From positions 1,085-65,084 of the forward strand of contig CAVUMF010000008.1 of NCBI GenBank assembly GCA_963742545.1: a DNA stretch of 64,000 bases, in the 5' to 3' direction. The position numbers were made by a program, and so were the translations under genes. Below are positions 20,685 through 29,600 of the stretch, piece after piece. The notes under the pieces were generated by a model. The model saw nothing but the letters and a program-made list of their open reading frames with translations. It had not been told where the DNA came from and ran no database searches. Position 1 is the stretch's first letter, and every line of letters begins with the position of its first letter. The stretch comes from an uncultured Verrucomicrobiae bacterium (GTDB taxonomy: Bacteria; Verrucomicrobiota; Verrucomicrobiia; Chthoniobacterales; UBA10450).

Positions 20685-21432
20685 AAAAATTGCCCGAAGA
20701 TTACTTAAGGTGGGCGTCCAGATATTCAATCACATCGGTACTGACCAGTGTGCATGATGGGGTGGCCCCTTCGGGATTATCGCAACTCTCCAACAATAGA
20801 AGGAATGTATGAGCGTGCAGGTGTCTGAGGCGTCATGGGTTTGGGTCCTTTTTTGAGTTCTATCCTCCTTAGGAGGCATTTACAGAATCCACATAATTAA
20901 GTAAAGATAATTCGCGTTACATTTTTGCAACCTCACCGAAAAGGTTTGGAAAAAAGTCCCCCGCCCTCTGCCGAGGAGGGTGCCTAATGCAGGCCGAATT
21001 ATGATCGAAGGAGATTTGGCCCATTTTGGTAGCTAGAGGCAATGTTCGGCACGCACCTAATAGGAGAAGTAAGCCAATGAGAACACTAGCGGGGCAGGAG
21101 TAGGCGTCACCCATTAGGGCGTGGGTCAAACGGTAGAAACGTGTCCGTCCCGATTTTTTCTGTCGGTTAGTCTGCTGCGTTTAATGAAAGATCAGTTTTT
21201 GAGGCGAGCCCGCCGTGGCGGGGTGATTCGAACCCGTTATTTCGTTGGCTTGATTTTCGAAGCGCTTGGTTGAGGCGAGCGATCCGTTCAGTCACCATCT
21301 GGGTCTAGCGCCTTGAGTTTTTGAACCGAAGGGACTGCCGAAAACTGGGCAATTCCCTTCGGCCCGATTTGCTTGGAGTCTTACACGCCTTTTACGGCGG
21401 CGGCTCCACACGGTCAAGCGTACCCACCCGAA

Positions 21433-21849
21433 TCATCTCGGGGCCGGAAAACATTCAGCGCACTGCGCCACACTCTGGCGAAAAAGCCGGGCAAAGACCT
21501 CCGCTCCCCAGCGCCGCCGCGCCTTGGAGAGCACGCTGTGATTGGGGATCTCGTCCTCCAGGTTGTAACCCAAAAACCAGAGATAATCGATCCGCAGCGG
21601 GATGATGCGCATCAGTTCCCGCTCGCTCCGCACGTTGTCCCAAAAGAGCAGGAGCATCATCTTCATCACGATCACCGGATCGACCGAGACATTCCACTTG
21701 CGCCCATAGGAGCCAGCCACCTCCTCACGGACGAAATCCAGCTTGAGCGTCTCCCTCAGCTTGCGCAACGGATGATCCGCCGGAATCCGCCGGGCCAGGT
21801 TCACCGGCTCACTCCACAATTCGTTCTGCCTGGCATGCTCTCCCATCAT
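21433..21849 (-). mobile_element. IS5-family transposase N-terminal fragment (DUF772-type domain), 3-prime truncated
   Basis: PVIVMKMMLLLFWDNVRSERELMRIIPLRIDYLWFLGYNLEDEIPNHSVLSKARRRWG matches the transposase InsH-type N-terminal domain. The DDE catalytic part is absent. Confidence 0.7.
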
Positions 21850-22020
21850 GGGAACAGTGCTTTAGCAAATCCCACTTCGCTTGGGTACCTTTATTTTTTG
21901 GCCCCTCCATTTGGGCAACAACCCGTTTAGACGCGACCCCGATAGACTCGCTGCAAAAAGCCTCTCTCGGGCAACAGTCCGTCTTAGCCTGACCCCAATT
22001 TGTCCGTTCGCCGGAACTCA

Positions 22021-22365
22021 CTATCGCAAGCCGTGTGTATCTTTCCATTGGTTCAAGGCAGTTGAACCGCGTTCTGTAAGGGCAAACCAAACTTCTGGAG
22101 AATTGAGTTCAAGAGGGATCGTCGCTACAGCAACGAGATGGCGTTTTGTGCGATCATACACCAAGACATCTATCAATTTGGAACTCGCCAGACGACGAAC
22201 TGCGGCTTCCACATCAGCCTCGGTAAAATCTGATGGCCAGAGCTTCCGCCAACCAAACTCGGGTGTGTTCAGTAACTTCGTTATCGTTTCGATCGATTCG
22301 ATGTCGTCGAGAAGGCAATCCGCAACTGCCATATCCATCGAGCCGCTGGAAACAGGAACAGCCAT
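22021..22365 (-). CDS. putative immunity protein for the upstream RHS-type toxin
   Basis: 114-aa acidic ORF starting 8 nt after the toxin stop, same strand, with lower GC than the surroundings. No family recognised. The assignment rests on position only. Confidence 0.5.
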   Translation of the reverse strand: MAVPVSSGSMDMAVADCLLDDIESIETITKLLNTPEFGWRKLWPSDFTEADVEAAVRRLASSKLIDVLVYDRTKRHLVAVATIPLELNSPEVWFALTERGSTALNQWKDTHGLR

Positions 22366-22372
22366 TATCTGA

Positions 22373-23494
22373 TCACTCTCCAGTCCTCGGCTTATACATT
22401 GGCCGTGGATGTTCTTCTAAGACCTTGCCTGTGTCCGTCACTCGAGTGTGAGTAATGACTTGTTCACCGCTCTTCTTGTTCTCCCAGATCGTTTGAATGC
22501 TCGCGCCTTCGTCTTTCTTTAATGGTTCGGTGTGAGCTGATTTCTGAACCCAATCGGCAGACTTGCTGTTAAAATCCTTCAGTATTTCTCGAAAAGAACG
22601 TCCTGCGGTTTGTTCGGCTTTGACAGCAGTTCCTGCTTCCTTCCCCGCAGTCGACAGCAACTTTTTGCCTATGGCCACTTCGCCTTTTCCATTGAGCATT
22701 CCTACGGCTATACCGCCGAACGATCCAAGCTTATAAGCACTAGAATCCTTGTCGACTGTAGCTGCGTAACCAGGATAGAAATGCTCCACAATCCTTTCGC
22801 CCTGACCGAGTGTCACCATGTCACCTAATCCGGCTATGAAGTCTCGCTCCGGAAATAGTCCCATCGGGTCTGTCAGATCGAGTGGATCATTGGAGCAATA
22901 GCGATAGAGATTGTAATCCCCGGCATCGAAGCCTTTGGGGTCTTCGCTCATGAAGCGCCCAATCGTCGGGTTGTAAGCCCGGGCGCGGTATTCGTAGAAA
23001 CCAAAGGTCGTGTTCCATTCCCGGCCGGTGAAAAGGAAGCGATTGTTGATCGCCGGCTGCCCGGGGCCGACCGTGACCGTTGGCAGTCCAAAGGCGTCGT
23101 AGCGATACGATTCCCGGACCGTGTTCACCCCGTCGGTCACCACGCTGATGTTGCCGTTGCGGTCCGGGAAATACCACCAGCCTTGCCCGTTCACTCCCCG
23201 CTCGATCATTTCGTCCATCTCGCGCCCGTAAATCGCGTTGCTGATATTGGTTCCATTGGCGTCGTATTCCATGATCCAATGTTCCCCGTCATAGAGGTAG
23301 TAATCGGTCACCGCTGTCCCTCCGTTGATCACGGTGGTGCGTTTAACGCAACGCCCGAGCGCGTCGTAAAAGAGGGTGTAGGAATTGTTGCCCGTGGTCG
23401 TGGCCGCTTTCGCCAGGTAGGTGTCCCCGATATACTGATAGTTCGTGCCGTTATAGGAGCTGATTTCGTGCGAAGCACCGTTGGTCACTGCCAT
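22373..23494 (-). CDS. RHS-core C-terminal fragment with unrecognised toxin tip
   Basis: From the ATG at 23494: MAVTNGASHE...YD-type repeats...YRARAYNPTIGRFMSEDPKGFDAGDYNLYRYCSNDPLDLTDPMGL (RHS repeat-associated core with the PxxxxDPxGL boundary), then a 160-aa lower-GC tail (22376-22855). Confidence 0.7.
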   Translation of the reverse strand: MAVTNGASHEISSYNGTNYQYIGDTYLAKAATTTGNNSYTLFYDALGRCVKRTTVINGGTAVTDYYLYDGEHWIMEYDANGTNISNAIYGREMDEMIERGVNGQGWWYFPDRNGNISVVTDGVNTVRESYRYDAFGLPTVTVGPGQPAINNRFLFTGREWNTTFGFYEYRARAYNPTIGRFMSEDPKGFDAGDYNLYRYCSNDPLDLTDPMGLFPERDFIAGLGDMVTLGQGERIVEHFYPGYAATVDKDSSAYKLGSFGGIAVGMLNGKGEVAIGKKLLSTAGKEAGTAVKAEQTAGRSFREILKDFNSKSADWVQKSAHTEPLKKDEGASIQTIWENKKSGEQVITHTRVTDTGKVLEEHPRPMYKPRTGE

Positions 23495-23920
23495 ACCGTG
23501 ACCGTCGGCAACCCAAAGGCGTCGTAGCGATATGATTCCCGGACTGTGTTCACCCCGTCGGTCACCACGCTGATGTTGCCGTTGCGGTCCGGGAAATACC
23601 ACCAGCCTTGCCCGTTCACTCCCCGCTCGATCATTTCGTCCATCTCGCGCCCGTAAATCGCGTTGCCGGTATTGGTTCCATTGGCGTCGTATTCCATGAT
23701 CCAATGTTCCCCGTCAAAGAGGTAGTAATCGGTCACCGCTGTCCCTCCGTTGATCACGGTGGTGCGCTTAACGCAACGCCCGAGCGCGTCGTAAAAGAGG
23801 GTGTAGGAATTGTTGCCCGTGGTCGTGGCCGCTTTCGCCAGGTAGGTGTCCCCGATATACTGATAGTTCGTGCCGTTATAGGAGCTGATTTCGTGCGAAG
23901 CACCGTTGGTCACTGCCATG
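23071..23920. repeat. tandem direct duplication, 2 x 425 bp, about 98% identical
   Basis: Unit 23071-23495 repeats at 23496-23920 with about 10 substitutions and no indels by eye. 425 is not a multiple of 3. Confidence 0.9.
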
Positions 23921-25254
23921 CTGTGGCCGGTGGTGTACTGGTTCAGATTGTTCACCGCGTAGGTCTTGGTGGTCCCCGCATCCACTACCTGCGTCCGGTT
24001 GCCCATCTTGTCCAGGGTGTAATTGACCACCCGGACCGAATCCGCCTGGTTCGTGTGCGAGCGCCCGGACCCGCTCCCTTTTTTGCGTATCGCGCCGTGG
24101 CCCGGATCGGTCCGGTCGAAGAGCGCGCTCGTCATGGCCGAATCGTTGTAGCCGCTCTTGAAGGTAATGGCTTTGAGGGTTGGGGTGGTATTGGCCGCAA
24201 TCACCGTTGTGCCCCCGCTCGCGACCACCGTCCCGTGGGTCGAAGTCGGGGTCGAGCCGTCCTTGGTGAAACTGATCGAGCCACCGCTGGTGGTGGTGGT
24301 CAGGGTCACGGTCATGGGCGTGGCGGGATGTGTCCCCTCGCTGCAACCGGGCGGAGTAAAGACCGGTTGCGCGCAGGTTACCGAGTGATCGACCCGGTCG
24401 AAAATGGCGCTCGTGATGGTTGAATCGTTGTAGGCTGCGCCAAAGGCGATGGCCTTGAGCGTGGACGTGGTGTTGGCGGCAATGGTCGCCGTCCCGCTCG
24501 TCCCATTAATGAGCGTGCCGTAGGTCTCAGTGGGATCAATCCCGCCAGTGGTGTAACGCATCTGCGCGCCAGTCGAACTGGTGCTAATCGTTACGTTCAG
24601 GCTGGTCGCCGGATGGCCGCCCCCGTTGGAGTTGGGCGGAGTAAAGACCGGGGCGGAGGCGAGCGGAGCGTAATCGTGCCGGTCAAAAAGCGCGCTTACC
24701 ACATTGGAGTCAAGGAAGTTTGTTCCATAAGCCATCGCCTTCAGCCAGACGGAGGTACTGGCATAGACGATGATCGTTCCGCTGCTGGCATTAATGAAGT
24801 GGCCGTGTGTTTCCGTCGGAGTAGACCCGTCGTTTGTCCATGAGATCAGGGCAGAGCTCGAGGTCGTTGAGACCGTGACGCTCAAATCCGTCGCGGGATG
24901 GGAACCGGTCGAGTTGGCGGGATTGAAGGTGGGGGTGGCAGCCGTGGGGGTATGATCGGTGCGATCAAAAAGCGCGCTGGCCACGGCGGAAGTCGTATAG
25001 CCAGTCTTGTAAGCGACTGCTTTCAAAGTAATCGAAGAATTGGCCGAAATTGTCACCGGCCCGGTGTAGATTGTCCCGACGGTTGCGGTAGGCGTGGTGT
25101 TATTGGTCGTGTAACGGATGGATGCGCCGGAGGTGCCGGTCGTGATGGTTACGTTTAAGGAGGTGGGCGGGTGGCCGCCGGAGCTGGAATTAGCCGGATT
25201 GAACGCCGGCATGGCTGCTCTCTTTCCTGGCACGCCATCATCGGCAGACGCCAT
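23485..25254 (-). CDS. RHS-type polymorphic toxin, N-terminal part (five chitobiase/hexosaminidase-C-like beta-sandwich repeats plus start of RHS core), truncated by the duplication
   Basis: Five ~85-aa repeats of the pattern FNPANS..HP.T.L.VT..T...A.I.YT.DG.TPT......Y....I......LKA.A...GY..S.V.SALFDR. These are followed by YTLDKMGNRTQVVD...YDALGRCV...WYFPDRNGNISVV...YRYDAFGLPTVTV, then a stop at the repeat junction. Confidence 0.75.
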   Translation of the reverse strand: MASADDGVPGKRAAMPAFNPANSSSGGHPPTSLNVTITTGTSGASIRYTTNNTTPTATVGTIYTGPVTISANSSITLKAVAYKTGYTTSAVASALFDRTDHTPTAATPTFNPANSTGSHPATDLSVTVSTTSSSALISWTNDGSTPTETHGHFINASSGTIIVYASTSVWLKAMAYGTNFLDSNVVSALFDRHDYAPLASAPVFTPPNSNGGGHPATSLNVTISTSSTGAQMRYTTGGIDPTETYGTLINGTSGTATIAANTTSTLKAIAFGAAYNDSTITSAIFDRVDHSVTCAQPVFTPPGCSEGTHPATPMTVTLTTTTSGGSISFTKDGSTPTSTHGTVVASGGTTVIAANTTPTLKAITFKSGYNDSAMTSALFDRTDPGHGAIRKKGSGSGRSHTNQADSVRVVNYTLDKMGNRTQVVDAGTTKTYAVNNLNQYTTGHSMAVTNGASHEISSYNGTNYQYIGDTYLAKAATTTGNNSYTLFYDALGRCVKRTTVINGGTAVTDYYLFDGEHWIMEYDANGTNTGNAIYGREMDEMIERGVNGQGWWYFPDRNGNISVVTDGVNTVRESYRYDAFGLPTVTVWQ

Positions 25255-25409
25255 ACTTCCTTCCAGCCTAACAACTATAAACTGAGTCTACGCAGCCCTG
25301 GCTTTGAGCAACACGCCCTCAAACACTTGACATTTCGATTCGACTCATTCGTTAAGCGTGTCTTGTCGGTCAGTCGCTGCTCCACGAACGGAACGCGCCG
25401 CAGGACGTT

Positions 25410-26299
25410 CTACTTGAATACTGCTGCGATGACTCGTCCTACTTCGGCCATGGCCGCGAGCCGGTCGGTCGGCGATACCGTCGAGTCGACGGAATAGACA
25501 GTGACAAGGATAGGCGCCTGGCCCGGCGGGCGCAGGATGGCGATGTCGTTGGTTGCGCCGTGGGCGCCGCGGCCAGTCTTGTCGCCCACCCGCCAGTCCC
25601 TTGGGACGCCAGCCCGGAGCATTTCGGCTCCGGTCTTGTTTTCTCTCAGCCAGGTTTCGAGCTGTGTGCGCGATGCCGATGACAAGGCATCGCCAAGAAG
25701 AAGCGTCCGCAGGTTGCCGAGCATTGCGGCGGGAGTGGTCGTGTCGCGTTCGTCGCCGGGAATGGCGCTGTTCAAATCGGGCTCGACGCGGTCCAGCCTG
25801 GTCTGTTGGTCGCCGAGCGCGCGCGCATAACGAGTCAAGCCCTCAGGGCCGCCGATCGTCTTGAGGAGGAGGTTGGCGGCGGTGTTGTCGCTTAGCTCAA
25901 GCGCGGCGGCGCAGAGCGCCCCGAGCTTCATCCCACCTTCCTTGACATGCTCCGTCGTCACAGGCGCATACTCGAGCAGGTCCGCTCTTGTGTAAGGAAT
26001 GAAGCGAGTCAGATCTGGTCCTGCTTCTCGTCCACGCGATGGAGCACAGCGGCAACAGCGAGAAACTTAAACGTGCTGCACATCGGGAAGCGCTCGTTCG
26101 CGCGGTGCTCGAGGCGTCGGCCGTTGCCCGTGTCGAGAGCGGCAACGCCCAGACGACCGCCGACACTCTTTTCGATGGCCGCGAGTCGTTTCTCCGCGGT
26201 GTCAGAACCTGAGGCCGGTTCGGTTGCCTGCGCTTTGATCAGGGACGACAAGACGAGTCCGGCAAAGATAAGTCTCAGGACACCTGCCGGCACGCTCAT
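25410..26299 (-). pseudogene. class A beta-lactamase with a 1-nt frameshift near 25985-26010
   Basis: The N-terminal ORF has a signal peptide and the STFK active-site motif ([10 protein letters not shown]). The second ORF has SDN, the E166 context (RVEPDLN) and KTG. The conserved [19 protein letters not shown] is readable only after shifting frame. Confidence 0.8.
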
Positions 26300-26329
26300 T
26301 GGTCAAGACGAAACGCCGTCGCAGATCGA

Positions 26330-26632
26330 TCAAGCCGGAACCATGTCCGGCAGGCCGAGGAACATTTCTTCCTCGGCCGTCTCCTTCGTCGTCTGCAAAG
26401 GCGCAAAACGATCCGCGCGAAAGCCGCGCTCGATGCCATGGGCATTGAGCGGGCCTTTGATCTCGCACAAATAAACGGCGATCTCTCCCTCGTCACCGGT
26501 GAGACCGATCCCCGGGACGATGTCGCGAATGGTGTAGGTCGAGCCTTCCTTCGGCAGCTCATCGTAGAGCTTTTCGATGCCGAGCGGGAAACGGCCGTTT
26601 ACGCAAACGACTTTCTGATTCGGCAGAAACAT
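26330..26632 (-). CDS. hypothetical small protein
   Basis: 100-aa ORF whose ATG lies 5 nt after the Tricorn-like gene stop, suggesting co-transcription. No family recognised. Confidence 0.4.
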   Translation of the reverse strand: MFLPNQKVVCVNGRFPLGIEKLYDELPKEGSTYTIRDIVPGIGLTGDEGEIAVYLCEIKGPLNAHGIERGFRADRFAPLQTTKETAEEEMFLGLPDMVPA

Positions 26633-26636
26633 TCGC

Positions 26637-29600
26637 TTACGGATTCGTGCTACTCGATCCCCCGTTCGCCGGGTTTCGATTCGGGAAGGGTGGGATCGGT
26701 GGCAGGTGATAGCCCTTGGTCTTCATCTCGGTTTGCACTTCTTCAATGGCTCGATCCAATTGCTGGTCTATACCGTGGAATTCCTTCGCCGGATCGTTAT
26801 CGACCACGATGTCTGGATCGACTCCGTGGCTTTCGATGATCCATCCCTTGCCGTCCTTGGAATAAGGAGCGAATTCCGGCTTGAAGAGCTGGCCGCCATC
26901 AATCAATGGCAGCGGGTTGCGAATCCCAATCACTCCGCCCCACGTCCGTTTGCCGATCAGTTTCCCAAGACCAAGAGTCTTGAAGCGATAAGGGAAGATG
27001 TCGCCATCAGACGCGGAAAACTCGTCGATCAGAGTCACCATGGGACCGAGGAAGGTCTGGGGTGGGTTGGGCTGGGGGACGCTGTTGCGCGCCATGTCCA
27101 CCATGACCAGAGCGCGACGCAGTCGTTCGATCACCAGAGGTGAGACAAAGCCGCCGCCATTACCGCGCACGTCCACGATGAGCCCTTCCTTGTGGATCTG
27201 CGGGAAATAACGCTTGGTGAATTCATTCAACCCAGGCTGGCCCATGTCGGGGATATGGAGATAGCCGACCTTGCCGTCGGTTTTCTTATTCACGTAGTCG
27301 ATGTTATGCTGCACCCACTCCAGGTAGTAGAGCGGTGACTCGTCCGCCGTCGGCACCACCGTGACGTCGCGCGCCCCGGCATCCGTCGGCTTGGAGTTGA
27401 CCCGCAGGACGACCTGCTTATCGGCTGTCCCGATGAGCGCGTCGTAGATGTTCGGCAAGCTTGAAACCGCGATGCCGTTGATCGCCAGGATGTAATCGCC
27501 GGCCTTTACATTCAGGCCAATCGCGGTGAGCGGCGAGCGCGTATCCTTGTCCCAGTTTTCGCCGGGAAGAATCTTGTCGATGCGGTAGGCTCGACTGGCG
27601 GGATCACGTGAGAGTTCGGCGCCGAGCAGGCCAAGCGGGATGCGTGGTGTCTCCGGTCGCTCACCGCCGGCGACATACGAGTGACCGTTGTTTAGCTCGC
27701 CGATCAATTCGCCGATCAAGTAAGTCAGATCGTTACGATGATTCACGTAGGGGAGGAGCGCAGCGTATTTGTTGCCCATCGCTTTCCAATCGACGCCGTT
27801 CATCATCGGTGAATAGAAGAAGTCGCGCATCTGGCGCCAGGCTTCCCAGTAGATTTGTTTCCATTCGGCGTGCCGATCCGCGATCACATCGAGGCCCTTC
27901 AACTGGATGTTGTGATCCTTGGTTTCAAGTTTGTCTTTGGGCAGGTCGATGATCGAATAATCCTTGTCGATCTGGACCAGCATCTTCTTTCCGTCGAAGC
28001 TGATTTGGTAGCTATTCACGTCACCGAGGACGGTTTCCTTGCGATCCTCCAGGCTGTAGGAACAAAGATGCCATTTCTGATTGCCGGGACCTTCCTCTTC
28101 CCCGTCGTTGCCGCCTTTATCACCGACCGTCCGGCGGAGATAAAATACCCGGTCATCGACCAGTCGCAGATCCTTGTAATTGCCCGGGTCGATATCGAGC
28201 CCGACAATCCGGTTCTGGATCCCGTCGGTATCCACTTTGACCGTGACCGGCTTCTTGGTCTTATCCCCTTTCTTTCCATCCTTCTCCCCGCTTTCTGATT
28301 TCTCCTTGTCCTTCTTCTCGGCTTTGCCGACTTCGTCACTGCGTGGCGCGAGCGGCGATTCGGTATCCTTGGAGAGCATCACAAGATAGACGCGCTGCAT
28401 GTCGACATAAACGGCTTCGAATTCCTCCTCGCCAAAGCTCGGCTTAAAGTCACGGCTCGAGGAGAGCATGAGATACTTGCCGTCATCGCTAAAGGAGACC
28501 CGGCCGGAGGAATACCAGTCGTCGGTTACGGGAACGGACTTTTTGCTGGCGATGGAGTAGAGATAAGCCCTTGGCTGCTGGTTTAGCTCCGGCTGAGACC
28601 AGGCGATCCACTGGCTGTCGGGCGACCAATCATAAGATTCGATCTCGCCGACCTTATCCTGCGCGACTTCGGTAACGGCTTTGCTCGCGACATCGACATA
28701 TCGCAGGCGCTGCAGCCGGTCGCTCCAGAGCAGCTTCTTGCTATCAGGCGACCAGATCGGTTGATAATAGTAGGTGTCGGCGTGGCTCGTCACCTGTTGT
28801 GGCTGGCCTTTGCCGTCCTGAGATCGGACGTAAAGCTCGTTCTCGCCGGTCACGTCGGAGTTGTAGGCGATCCATTTCCCATCTGGCGACCAGACCGCGT
28901 CGCGCTCGTGCGCATTGGAAGTTTTCGTGAGGGCGCGGGCGGCGCCGTCCTTCATCGGCACGGAGAAAAGATCGCCGCGCGCGACAACGATCGCGCGCTG
29001 ACCATCCGGCGCCAAGTCAACGGATTCAATGTGCTTCGACGCGTCGAGAAAAGCAGCGCGACCGGAAGCGAAATCCTCCTTGATATCGATCGGGACCGGC
29101 GCCGATTTTCCGGTCGCAAGGTCGTAGCGCCAGATGTAGCCGGCTTCTTCGAAGACGATCGAGTTCTTGCCGATCGTGGGAAACTTGATGTCGAAGTCCT
29201 TGAAGGTGGTGAGCTGCTTTGTCTCCTTGGTCGCGAGGTCGACCGAATAGAGATTCATCCGATTATCGCGATCGGAGAGAAAATAAATGTGGTTATCCGG
29301 TCCCCACATCGGGCAAATATCCTGCGCGGGATTGTTCGTCAGGTTCTCGACCGTTTGAGTTTTGAAATCGTAAATCCAGACGTCGTCCGCCATGCCGCCG
29401 CGATAATGCTTCCAGGTGCGGAATTCACGGAAGACGCGGTTGTAGGCCATCTTCGAGTCGTCCGGCGAGAAGGAAGTGAAACCGCCGCGCGGAACGGGCA
29501 GTTGTTTCGGCAAGTCCGCGTCCAAGCCGACGGTTTCCAGATCGCCGATGAATGAATTGAAAGAAGTGCGACGGGAACGAAATACGATCAGCGGTTTGGT

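Noticed and set aside
21201-21240. tRNA-like T-arm string (minus strand GGTTCGAATCACCCCGCC) that could mark a tRNA or an att site next to the IS remnant
   Set aside because: No 5-bp T-stem complementarity, no acceptor stem, no anticodon arm and no CCA context could be built. At most it is a degraded fragment.
23071-23920. Diversity-generating retroelement (template/variable repeat pair) as an explanation for the two near-identical 425-bp units
   Set aside because: The units are directly adjacent and much longer than typical TR/VR pairs. The mismatches are not adenine-specific, and no reverse transcriptase is nearby.
23921-25254. Five-fold repeat in the RHS N-terminus as a DNA-level tandem repeat or assembly artefact
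   Set aside because: The repeats are conserved only at the protein-motif level, and their nucleotide sequences are well diverged. They are domain repeats, not recent duplications.
7386-26010. Programmed ribosomal frameshifting as the cause of the split ORFs
   Set aside because: There are no slippery heptamers (X XXY YYZ type) or downstream pseudoknot-like structures at the junctions. The affected genes are unrelated and are not known to use recoding.
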